In this document: in pieces, positions 50,611 through 59,650 of the stretch | How positions within the stretch are numbered: position 1 is the stretch's first letter | Layout: every line of letters starts with the position of its first letter | From: Candidatus Eiseniibacteriota bacterium | GTDB taxonomy: Bacteria > Eisenbacteria > RBG-16-71-46 | NCBI GenBank assembly: GCA_963717935.1 | Contig: CAVQXP010000004.1 | Location: 192,001-256,000 of the forward strand | Direction: 5' to 3' | Length of the DNA stretch: 64,000 nucleotides | The notes under the pieces: generated by a model | Seen by the model: the letters and a program-made list of their open reading frames with translations, nothing else | What the model was told of the DNA's origin: nothing | The model's database searches: none | Position numbers and translations under genes: made by a program

Positions 50611-51345
50611 TCAACGGGGCCGGCGCCCGGTCGACAGGCCACGGTTCTGCAACTCCTCGATACAGACCCCCGCGGGCTTCCTGGTCGGGAACGTCTTCAG
50701 CGTCCCCAGGATCCTGCGGACGAGCGCCGGGTCGATCTTCTCCTTCGCCGGCTGCACCCGCGGATCGACCCCGGCAGGATCGGCCACCAGGATCCGCTTC
50801 ATCCACGACGGTGAGATATCGACGAAATACGTCGGGCCCTTCTTGCCTTCCGGCGTCATGACGGGGCCCGCGTCGGCCGTGGTGGGTTCGGGTCCGGTGT
50901 CGTCCAGGTCGTCAGGGGACCCCGGATACGTCACTCGCGTACAGGTCAGTTCCAGTTCGTAGATCTTCGCTCCGTGAAGGGACGTGGATTCGCGGACCGT
51001 CACCGGATCCCCGCAGGACGAGGATTCCTCCGGACCGTCGGCCTCTGTCACGACCTGGGCGCGCCTGATCCCGATCTCCCTCGCCACCACGCCGGCCGGT
51101 TGCCGTGGACACTCGCCCGGGGGCCATACCTCGAAATCGATCAGTCTGCGCCCCGTGCCGGCGCGTTTCAGCTCTCCGCTCGCCCCGTCGACGTACGCCC
51201 GGTATTCCAGGTCGGCGGGATACGACAGCTCGTAGCCGAATCTCTCGTTGCGGTAGGTCTTCCAGCCCTCCGGGTTCTCCTCGGCGGCGCCCGCCACTCC
51301 GGCGAGCAGCAACAGGCACAGTCCGATCATCGAGAACCGCTTCAT
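50611..51345 (-). CDS. Exported hypothetical protein
   Basis: Signal peptide MKRFSMIGLCLLLLAGVAGA; WKTYRNERFGYELSYP (PsbP-like N-terminal pattern). Confidence 0.6.
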   Translation of the reverse strand: MKRFSMIGLCLLLLAGVAGAAEENPEGWKTYRNERFGYELSYPADLEYRAYVDGASGELKRAGTGRRLIDFEVWPPGECPRQPAGVVAREIGIRRAQVVTEADGPEESSSCGDPVTVRESTSLHGAKIYELELTCTRVTYPGSPDDLDDTGPEPTTADAGPVMTPEGKKGPTYFVDISPSWMKRILVADPAGVDPRVQPAKEKIDPALVRRILGTLKTFPTRKPAGVCIEELQNRGLSTGRRPR

Positions 51346-51565
51346 GGCGTCTTCCCCGGCAAGGCCGGCGCTCCGGCCGCCATGCCCGATGAATACGAGG
51401 GGTCCGGCCGTCGACAGAAGGTCCACGGCATCAGACGAGAGTCCCGGCTTTTCGGGTTCGGCCAGGGTCTGTCTCTTCTTCGTGACCAGCTTCCAGCCTC
51501 GACGAAAAGCGCTCGTCGATCTTGAATCCGCCGAACGACCACGCTCACTCGTCACGAAGCAGAGA

Positions 51566-52954
51566 CTACAAGCATCGCAGGAAGGCAACCAGGTCCTTCT
51601 TCTCCTCGGCGTTCAGGTGGAGTTGCTGGACGAGGTTGAAGTACTCCACCGCGTCCTCCAGGGTGAGGCAACGACCGTCGTGCAGGTAGGGCGGGGAGTC
51701 CTTGATGCCGCGGAGCGGGAAGGTCTTGATCGGGCCATCGTGGGCCATCATCATGCCGTTCACCAGTTCCTGCTTGTAGAAGCGCTCCGCCATGAGGTTG
51801 CTCATGCTGTTGTCGGTGTAGTACGGGCCCGGGTGGCACTTGGCGCACTTCGCCTTGCCGTTGAAGAGCGCTTCGCCCCTGCGCTCGGCGCGTGTCGCCT
51901 TGGCCGGATCGAGCTCGCAGTAGATGTCCAGCTTCGGGGCGGGCGGGAAGTCCAGGATTGCCAGGAACTCCGCCATGAAGTGGACCTGCGTCCCCCGCTC
52001 CAGGGTGTTGATGCCCTTCTTGGCGGCCATGCAGATGTCGCCATCGAAATACGCGGCCCGCTGCTCGAACTCCACGAAGTCCTCGACGGTCTTGAGCGCC
52101 CGCTGCGAGCCGAAGAGCCGCTGGATGTTCATGCCGCGCAGGGACGGCGTGTTGATGCGGTGGCGGAACTCCTGGGGCCGGATGTCACCCACCAGGTGGG
52201 TGGCGTCGTTGGTGTGCCCGTTCACATGGCAGTCGAAGCAGGTTACGCCGAGCATGCCGTCCGGCCGGTCGGTCCGCCGGTCCTCGGTGGCGTTGAACTG
52301 CTGCTGCGGGAACTGGGTGAGCAGGAGACGGAGCCCTTCGAGTTGCTTCGGGTTCAGGATGCCGTTGAAGATCTCGTAGTAGTTGTTGATCGTGATGAGC
52401 CGGCCCCTGGCCACGTCGCCCAGGTCGGGCCGAGTGGTGAGGTAGATGGCCGGCACCGGGTCGGGCAGGAACTGTTCGGGCAAATCGAAGTCCAGGTCGA
52501 AGCGGGCCAGCCTCGGCAGGGCCTTCAGCGTCATCTCGGGGAAGAGCATGCCCCCCTCGGCGTGATCGGGGAAGGGCAGAGGCTTGTAGGGAAAGAGCCC
52601 TTTTTCCTTGATCTGCCCCGGCGTCAACCGGTCGAGTTCCTCCCAGGTGACGCCCGAGAGCTTGGCCGTCGGCCCCACGGGGACGGACTTGCCGCCCGAC
52701 ATCCTCACGTCCGGATCGGTCTTGACGTCGAGGTTGTACCTCGCTCTGAGCAACTCCGCGTGGGCCGTTGCCAGCTCCGCCTTGACGGCCAGGCGTGCGG
52801 CCTTGATCTGCTCGAAGGTCATGGCCTGGTTCGTCGGGCCGTAGCTGGACGAGACCTTTCCCTGCTGCGCCTGAACGGTGGCGACAACCGCCATCGCGAG
52901 CACCAGCAGGAAGACGCCCATCAGAAGCATGCTGCGACGCGTTCGTGCCTTCAT
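51566..52954 (-). CDS. Di-heme cytochrome c of the bCcP/MauG superfamily ('cytochrome B6'-type annotation)
   Basis: Signal peptide; CFDCH and CAKCH; NTPSLRG; KTFPLRGIKDSPPYLHDGR. Confidence 0.85.
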   Translation of the reverse strand: MKARTRRSMLLMGVFLLVLAMAVVATVQAQQGKVSSSYGPTNQAMTFEQIKAARLAVKAELATAHAELLRARYNLDVKTDPDVRMSGGKSVPVGPTAKLSGVTWEELDRLTPGQIKEKGLFPYKPLPFPDHAEGGMLFPEMTLKALPRLARFDLDFDLPEQFLPDPVPAIYLTTRPDLGDVARGRLITINNYYEIFNGILNPKQLEGLRLLLTQFPQQQFNATEDRRTDRPDGMLGVTCFDCHVNGHTNDATHLVGDIRPQEFRHRINTPSLRGMNIQRLFGSQRALKTVEDFVEFEQRAAYFDGDICMAAKKGINTLERGTQVHFMAEFLAILDFPPAPKLDIYCELDPAKATRAERRGEALFNGKAKCAKCHPGPYYTDNSMSNLMAERFYKQELVNGMMMAHDGPIKTFPLRGIKDSPPYLHDGRCLTLEDAVEYFNLVQQLHLNAEEKKDLVAFLRCL

Positions 52955-53051
52955 CTCAAAGCCCTCCCTCGCTCCGGTTCCGTGCTCTGCACACGCCTGT
53001 GGCCGGTCTCCCGAGTCGTCCTCGTTCGCAGCACCGCCTCCTTTCAGCGTC

Positions 53052-53123
53052 GCCTGACGTTCGCGCTCACCTGCCGCCGTCGAGCGCAGCGGAATGACGG
53101 CCGGGTGAAGCGCGGAGCCGGGT
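53052..53123 (-). mobile_element. Degenerate integron attC-like site
   Basis: 72-bp imperfect palindrome abutting a stop codon; GCGCTCACC/GGTGAAGCGC arms with an extrahelical base; ends in GTCAGGC (GTTRRRY-like). Confidence 0.55.
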
Positions 53124-53124
53124 C

Positions 53125-53865
53125 TCAGGAGCCGTCGGTCGCGACTTCCCCACGAGCCCCGTCAAGCCGGACCCGTACCTCTCCGTGGTTGTCGGCGATG
53201 TGTTCCAGCAGCGCCCAGATGAAGACGATGGCGCCCGCCATCTCGAGGCTCTCCTCGACGGTCGCCACGATCATGTACGGCACCCTGTAGTCGGGCGATG
53301 GAGCGCAGCAGCCCCCGATCAACTCGAGACCGATGGCCCCTCCGACGTAGAGGATCGCAGCCATCAGGAACCGGAGTCTCGTCTTCACAGGGAGGTGCAG
53401 CAGGAATTTCAGGAAGACCACCGCCAGAACGACCACAAGTGCGATGCCAGGAACGACCCAGGCAAGACGAAAGACGCCGGAAGCGCCATCGCCCAACAGC
53501 CTGGCTGCGGGTCTGGTCAGCATCTCGTGAAGGGCGACCGCCTCATCGACGGCCATGAACAGGAATCCGAATGAAAGGGCCACCCAATGTGAAACGTAGG
53601 CAGCCTTCCGGCGTCTCTCCAACACGGCGATCGCCGCAAGGAGCAACGCTGCGGAGAGCAGCAACAGCGTGGAGAAGCAGGTCGGGAGGCTCATTTCTGC
53701 ATCGACGTTGAAGAACCGGACGAGCCCGCAAAGACAGTCATGCCCGGTCAGGAAGACTGTCACCTGCATCGCAACGCTGGCAAGAACCAGAAGAACGGCC
53801 ACCGCCCCCAGCGCGCGAGCGATTGCAGCCGGGTTCAGTGCTATCTGGCCAACTGGCGGCTCCAT
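53125..53865 (-). CDS. Hypothetical multi-pass membrane protein (cassette-like)
   Basis: 6-7 TM segments; FNVDAE, DEAVALHE, EESLEM motifs; visibly more A/T at third positions; GTTAGGC at 53897-53891 just before the RBS. Confidence 0.75.
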   Translation of the reverse strand: MEPPVGQIALNPAAIARALGAVAVLLVLASVAMQVTVFLTGHDCLCGLVRFFNVDAEMSLPTCFSTLLLLSAALLLAAIAVLERRRKAAYVSHWVALSFGFLFMAVDEAVALHEMLTRPAARLLGDGASGVFRLAWVVPGIALVVVLAVVFLKFLLHLPVKTRLRFLMAAILYVGGAIGLELIGGCCAPSPDYRVPYMIVATVEESLEMAGAIVFIWALLEHIADNHGEVRVRLDGARGEVATDGS

Positions 53866-54205
53866 GAGTGCTTCTCCTGCTGTTGGTCGGGCCTAACGCA
53901 AGTCAGACGGTCCCGCGCAGCCGGATGCCGGCTCCCGCGTGGCAGCGCGACGGCACTCGAGCGGCGGCGGGACGACGGGACGGCCCACGCCCGGCGTCGG
54001 GCCCTCGCGCGCGAGGGCGGGGGTGGGCGGGGACACGCGATGCGGATCCTGTCCGAGGCAGGCCGCGGCTGGCATCGATCCTCCACGTCGGGGCTTGACG
54101 AGGCGGATTGCTCAAGCGGCGAGTATCTACCCGGGCGCGGTCACCGGACAAGGAACATCGGGGATGTGGTTGTGATTCGCGGCGTTGGGTCCACCACGCG
54201 TCACC

Positions 54206-55777
54206 TCAGTATCCCGGCAGCCGCATCATCACGCCCGGCCCGATGGGCCAGTGCAGCCAGTAGAACACCAGCAGCAGCGCCGTCCACGACACCAGGAAGG
54301 CGATCGAGTAGGGCAGCATCATCGAGATGAGCGTGCCCGCCCCGGCCTTCGGGTCGTAGCGCCGGGCCGCCACGATGAGGATTGGCAGGTAGGGGAAACA
54401 GGGCGTGATGATGTTCACCACGGATGCCCCGATGCGGAAGACGACCTGGGTGCACTCGGGGGTGAAGCCGAGCATGGCGAACATCGGCACGAACACCGGG
54501 GCCATCATGGCCCACTTGGCCGAGGCCGAGGTGATGAAGAAGTCCAGCGAGGCCGAGAAGAGGATCAGCCCCACCAGCAGCGGCGCGCCGTGGAAGCCCA
54601 TGCCCTTGAGGAAGCGCGCGCCCGAGATGGCGACGATGCCGCCGAGGTTCGACCAGCCGAAGAAGGCGATGAACTGCGCGGCGGTGAAGGCGAGCACGAT
54701 GTAGGTGCCCATGGTCGCGAGCGTGTCGCCGGTCATCCTCGTGACGTCGCGGTCACTGCGGATCTGCCCCGAGGCGATGCCAAACGTGAGCCCGGGGATG
54801 AAGAAGAGCAGCATGATGAGGACGATGATGCTGTCGAAGAACGGCTTGGCCTGCTCCAGGACCGTCGCCCCGGGGCCGCGCAGCGGCGCCCAGGCCGGCA
54901 GCACGAGCACCAGGAAGAGCGCCACGGTCAGCGCCAGGGCCAGGCCCGCGGCCCGCAGCCCGCGGCGCTCCGCGCGCGAGACCTCTCCGAGCGCGTGCGC
55001 GTCCGGCGGGGCGCCCGGCGCGGGCTTCCAGGGCCCGAGCCGCGGCTCGACGAAGCGGTGCGTGACCCAGGTCCCGACCACGGTGAGTACCGGGGCCGTG
55101 ACCGCGAGGAAGAAGTAGTTGCCCAGCACCTGCGGCTCGTAGCCCGGCAGCAGCTTCGAGGCCCTGGTCGCCTCCTGCGTGAACCCGATGAGCAGGACGT
55201 CGAGCGGCGACGGCAGCACGTTCGCGCTGAAGGCGCCGCCGACCCCCGCGAAGGCCGCCGCGAGGCCCACCAGGGGATTGCGCCCGGCGGCGGCGAACAG
55301 CATCGCGGCGATGGGCGGCAGGATGATCACGCCGGCGTCGGCAGCGAGGTGCGCGAGCATCCCCGCGAAGATCACGGCCGCGGTGAGCAGCGTGGGCGGC
55401 ATGCTGGTCACGAAAGTCCGCAGCGACAGCGTGATGAGCCCGGTCTTCTCGGCGACGCCGACGCCCATCATCGCCACCAGCACGATGCCGAGCGGCGCGA
55501 AACCCATGAAATTCCTCACCGCCTCGGTGAAGATGCGCCGCAGCCCATCGCGGTCGAGCAGGTTGACGGCCGCGATGACCGAGCCGTCGCGGGGGTGGAC
55601 GACCGTGACCCCGAGGCGCGCGGTGATCCACGAGGCGACGAGGACGAGCCCCGCCAGGATCAGGAAGATCGTGATGGGATCGGGCAACCGGTTGCCGACG
55701 CGCTCGATGGCGTCGAGCGCGCGGGTGAATGCAGGTCGGCGCGGGAGCTTCGACGGGCTGGGGCGGCGCTCGCTCAT
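54206..55777 (-). CDS. AbgT family transporter
   Basis: IERVGNRLPDP, NFMGFAPLG, GRNPLVGLAAAFAGV, SASAKWA, NIITP, GTLISMMLPYS. Confidence 0.93.
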   Translation of the reverse strand: MSERRPSPSKLPRRPAFTRALDAIERVGNRLPDPITIFLILAGLVLVASWITARLGVTVVHPRDGSVIAAVNLLDRDGLRRIFTEAVRNFMGFAPLGIVLVAMMGVGVAEKTGLITLSLRTFVTSMPPTLLTAAVIFAGMLAHLAADAGVIILPPIAAMLFAAAGRNPLVGLAAAFAGVGGAFSANVLPSPLDVLLIGFTQEATRASKLLPGYEPQVLGNYFFLAVTAPVLTVVGTWVTHRFVEPRLGPWKPAPGAPPDAHALGEVSRAERRGLRAAGLALALTVALFLVLVLPAWAPLRGPGATVLEQAKPFFDSIIVLIMLLFFIPGLTFGIASGQIRSDRDVTRMTGDTLATMGTYIVLAFTAAQFIAFFGWSNLGGIVAISGARFLKGMGFHGAPLLVGLILFSASLDFFITSASAKWAMMAPVFVPMFAMLGFTPECTQVVFRIGASVVNIITPCFPYLPILIVAARRYDPKAGAGTLISMMLPYSIAFLVSWTALLLVFYWLHWPIGPGVMMRLPGY

Positions 55778-55868
55778 CGCGGATTCCTGGGGCGGACTCC
55801 CGAGGTTGTCAGAGGGCGCAGATTGGAGCAGGCTGCCGCTTTCCGCAAGCCCGAAAGGAGTCCGCTCC

Positions 55869-57020
55869 ATGCTCTGCATGCGTTTCGCGCCGACACTGTC
55901 CCTGGTGCTCGCGCTCTGCCCACCTGTGTTCGCGCAGGCCGCCCTGCAGCCGCAGGCTGCGGCCCCGCCCACGCTCGAGCAGGTCCGCGCGGGCATGAAC
56001 ATCCCGTCGCTCTCGCTGGATCTGCGCGGGCAGATGGATTCTGTCGGCTTCGCCTCGACCGCCACGCAGATGGCGAAGGTCTGGGAGCTTTCGGCCACGC
56101 CGCCCGCGCCCGACTCGTTCGGCGTGCGCCCTGCGCCGGGCGTGGCCGCGGTCATCTGCCCGCACGACGACTACCTCTATGCCGGCCGCGTCTATCGCAG
56201 CGTGCTGCCGCTCATCACCGCGCGCACGGTCGTGCTGGTGGGCGTCTTCCACCGCTACCGACGCTTCGGTGCGCACGACCGGCTGGTCTTCGACAAGTAC
56301 CGGACCTGGCGCACGCCCGACGGGCCGGTGCCGGTCTCGAGCCTGCGCGAGGCGCTCCTCTCCCACCTGTCGCCCGACGACTTCGTGCAGAGCACGGCCA
56401 TGCACGATTCCGAGCACTCGCTCGAGGCGCTGGTCTACTGGCTCAGGCACCTCCGCCCTGACCTGGAGATCCTGCCCATCCTCGTCCCGGCGTCGAAGTT
56501 CGACCGCCTCGAGGAACTGGCCGGTCATCTCGCCGCAGCGCTCGGCACCACCCTGATGGCGCACGACTGGCAGTTGGGGCGCGACGTGGCCATCGCGATC
56601 TCGACCGACGGCGTGCACTACGGGCCGGACTTCAAGTACGTGCCCTACGGCGACGGCGGGATCGCGGCCTACCAGAAGGCGACGGAGAGGGACCGCGCGC
56701 TCCTCGCCGGGCCGTTGAGCGGCACGCTGACCGCCGGGAAGGTGCGCGGGCTGTACGCGACCTTCGTCAACCCCGAGGACCCGGACGAGTACCGCCTGAC
56801 GTGGTGCGGCCGCTTCGCCGTGCCGTTCGGGCTGCTCCTGCTCGAGCGCATGTCCCGTGACCTGGGCCCGCTCACCGGCCGCCCGCTTGCGTACGCCACG
56901 TCGGTCGGCTGGCCCGAGTTGCCCGTGCGCGACCTCGGTCTGGGCGCCACCGCACCGGCCAGCCTCTACCACTTCGTCTCGTACCCGGCGGTGGCATTCA
57001 CCTTCGGGCGTGTGAAGTAG
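55869..57020 (+). CDS. MEMO1 / AmmeMemoRadiSam protein B-like, with signal peptide
   Basis: CPHDDYLYAG, WRTPDG, EHSLE, ISTDGVHYG, TWCG, VSY. Confidence 0.8.
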   Translation: MLCMRFAPTLSLVLALCPPVFAQAALQPQAAAPPTLEQVRAGMNIPSLSLDLRGQMDSVGFASTATQMAKVWELSATPPAPDSFGVRPAPGVAAVICPHDDYLYAGRVYRSVLPLITARTVVLVGVFHRYRRFGAHDRLVFDKYRTWRTPDGPVPVSSLREALLSHLSPDDFVQSTAMHDSEHSLEALVYWLRHLRPDLEILPILVPASKFDRLEELAGHLAAALGTTLMAHDWQLGRDVAIAISTDGVHYGPDFKYVPYGDGGIAAYQKATERDRALLAGPLSGTLTAGKVRGLYATFVNPEDPDEYRLTWCGRFAVPFGLLLLERMSRDLGPLTGRPLAYATSVGWPELPVRDLGLGATAPASLYHFVSYPAVAFTFGRVK

Positions 57021-57166
57021 CGCCGGTGGACGGGCACGGGGCGGGGCGGGCCCCGCCTCGTCGCCCCGGTACCCGCGTTCGTCGCGATCGGGTCGGTGCC
57101 CCGGGCGAGGCGGGCTACGGTCACCGGGCATCGCGCCATCCCACTCCCACCCGACGAGGCAACCTC

Positions 57167-59206
57167 ATGACGCTCCGCCTGCTCCGCTTCGCCTGTGCAC
57201 TCGCCCTTCTGGCCCTCTGCCTGCCCGCCCTCGCGGCGGCGCAGACGCACGGGCCGCAGCGCGCCTACATGGACACCACCTGCGCACCCTGCAGGGACTT
57301 CTTCCAGTACGCCAACGGCACCTGGCTCGCCACGGTGCAGATCCCGCCCTCCTACCCCGCCATCGGCATGGGCAGGGAGATCTTCGACCGTAACCAGGCG
57401 ACGCTCACCCGGTTGCTCGGACGGCTGGCCTCCGAAGCCGACCAGCAGAAGGACGCCACGCTGCAGAAGGTCGGCTGGCTCTACGCGGCGCTCATGGACT
57501 CGGCCCGCGCCGACCGCGACGGGCTCGCGCCCGTCCAGGAGGATCTCGCACGGATCGACGCCCTCCGCACGAAGGAGGACCTCCGCCGCGAGTTCGCGAG
57601 GGTGAGCGGCTACTCGCCGTTCGTGTTCGCCACCGAGGCGGACCCCGGGCAGAGCACCATGAACATCGGCCAGGTGTCACAGGGCGGTCTCGGACTGCCC
57701 GACCGCGACTACTACTTCCGCACCGATCCCAGGTCCGAGGACCTGCGGCAGTTCTACGTGGGCCACGTCGCGCGCGTGCTGGTGCTCGAGGGGATGGCGC
57801 CCGAACAGGCGAAGGACGCGGCCGACCGGATCATGAAGCTCGAGACCGCGCTGGCCGAGTCGTCGCTCTCCGTCACGGAGCAGCGCGAGCCCGAGAAGCT
57901 CTACCACAAGATGACGGTGAAGCAGCTTCAGGCGCTGGCTCCGGCGATCGACTGGGTGGCGTTCTTCGGCGAGTCCGGCGTGAAGACGATGGCCCGCCCG
58001 GCCGCGCCGGTGGACGTCTCGATGCCGGCGTTCATGCGCCAGCTGAGCGGCCTGATCGAGAGCACGCCCATCGAGGACTGGCGCGCCTACCTGCGCTACC
58101 ACACCCTGCACGGCGAGCTGCCGTGGCTGGGGCAGGCCGCCTACGACGAGGCGTTCTCGTTCCTCTCGAGGCTGTCGGGACAGAAGGTGCCCAGCCCGCG
58201 CTGGAAGCGCGCCGTGAGCGCCGTGGACGGCGCCATGGGCGAGGCCCTGGGCAAGGCCTACGTCGAGACGGAGTTCCCGCCGTCGTCCAAGGCGCGCATG
58301 GTCGAGCTGGTGGACAACCTCCAGGCGGCGCTGAAGGAGCGCATCGAGACGCGGCCCTGGATGAGCGCCGCGACCAGGAAACAGGCGCTCGCGAAGTTGA
58401 GCACGACGCTCCGGAAGATCGGCTATCCGGACAAGTGGCTCGACTACTCTCCGCTGAAGATCGACCCGCGGGAGTCCGCCGCCGCCGGCCTGCGCCGGGC
58501 GCAGGAGTTCGAGCGCATGCGGCAGCTGGCCAAGATCGGCAAGCGCGTGGACCGCAACGAATGGCAGATGACCGCGGCCACGGTGAACGCCTACTACAAC
58601 CCGCCGACCAACGAGATCTGTTTCCCCGCCGGCATCCTGCAACCGCCCATGTTCGACCCGAAGGCGGACGACGCTGCGAACTACGGCGCCATCGGCGCCG
58701 TGATCGGGCACGAGCTGACGCACGGTTTCGACGACCAGGGCCGCAAGTACGACGCCAAGGGGAACCTCAGGGACTGGTGGACCCCGGAGGATGGCCGGGA
58801 GTTCGAGGCGCGCACCCAGAAGCTCGTGGACCAGTACAACGGCTACATCGCCGAGGACACCCTGCACGTGAACGGCAAGTTCACGCTGGGCGAGAACCTG
58901 GGCGACCTGGGCGGCGTCACCGTCGCCTACCACGCCTGGAAGCTCTCGCTCAAGGGCAAGCCGGCGCCACAGGCGGTCGAGGGCTTCACGTCCGAGCAGC
59001 GCTTCTTCCTCAGCTTCGCGCAGATCTGGCGGAACGTGTACCGCCCCGAACTGACGCGGCTCATCTCCCTGACCGACCCGCACTCGCTGCCGCACTGGCG
59101 GGTCGTCGGTCCGCTGGGGAACATCCCCGAGTTCGCGCAGGCGTTCGGCTGCCAGCCCGGCGACCCGATGCTGATCACTCCGGAGAAGCGCACCGACGTC
59201 TGGTAG
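57167..59206 (+). CDS. M13 family (neprilysin/PepO-like) metallopeptidase
   Basis: Signal peptide; PCRDFFQYANG; KIGYPDKW; VNAYY; GHELTHGFDDQG; GENLGDLGG. Confidence 0.95.
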   Translation: MTLRLLRFACALALLALCLPALAAAQTHGPQRAYMDTTCAPCRDFFQYANGTWLATVQIPPSYPAIGMGREIFDRNQATLTRLLGRLASEADQQKDATLQKVGWLYAALMDSARADRDGLAPVQEDLARIDALRTKEDLRREFARVSGYSPFVFATEADPGQSTMNIGQVSQGGLGLPDRDYYFRTDPRSEDLRQFYVGHVARVLVLEGMAPEQAKDAADRIMKLETALAESSLSVTEQREPEKLYHKMTVKQLQALAPAIDWVAFFGESGVKTMARPAAPVDVSMPAFMRQLSGLIESTPIEDWRAYLRYHTLHGELPWLGQAAYDEAFSFLSRLSGQKVPSPRWKRAVSAVDGAMGEALGKAYVETEFPPSSKARMVELVDNLQAALKERIETRPWMSAATRKQALAKLSTTLRKIGYPDKWLDYSPLKIDPRESAAAGLRRAQEFERMRQLAKIGKRVDRNEWQMTAATVNAYYNPPTNEICFPAGILQPPMFDPKADDAANYGAIGAVIGHELTHGFDDQGRKYDAKGNLRDWWTPEDGREFEARTQKLVDQYNGYIAEDTLHVNGKFTLGENLGDLGGVTVAYHAWKLSLKGKPAPQAVEGFTSEQRFFLSFAQIWRNVYRPELTRLISLTDPHSLPHWRVVGPLGNIPEFAQAFGCQPGDPMLITPEKRTDVW

Positions 59207-59514
59207 AGGCCCGCCGCCCGGCCGGGCGACGCAGGCGCGGCCCGGGGAATCGGGAGCACCGCCAGGATACGGCGCGCGCGCCCCCGAGGTTCGGTCCCGG
59301 CACGCCGCACGCCGAGCACGCGCCGGGGCGCGGGACACGGAGCCCGCAGCGGGGGTCCCGGCCCCGGCCGACGCAGGATGCGGCGGCCGGGGGATTGCCG
59401 GGGAGCGAGCACCGCCAGGATGGCGGCGCGCAGCGTCCCCGCGGAGGGTTTCGTGTCGCACGGCACGCCGCCCACGCACGAGCACGCGACGAGCACGCGG
59501 CGGCCACGCGACCG

Positions 59515-59543
59515 TTGACGCCCTCCAGCGCGGTCATTATGGT
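59515..59543 (+). promoter_or_regulatory. Candidate sigma70 promoter of permease pair
   Basis: TTGACG-17 nt-TATGGT. Confidence 0.45.
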
Positions 59544-59650
59544 CTGCTCGCCCTCATGGGACCCGCGGTCTCGGCCGGCCCGAGCCCGGCCGTGAACCGC
59601 GAGGCGATTCTGCTGTCCGGCGCTCACGCAGAAGCCATCCGGGAGCCTTC

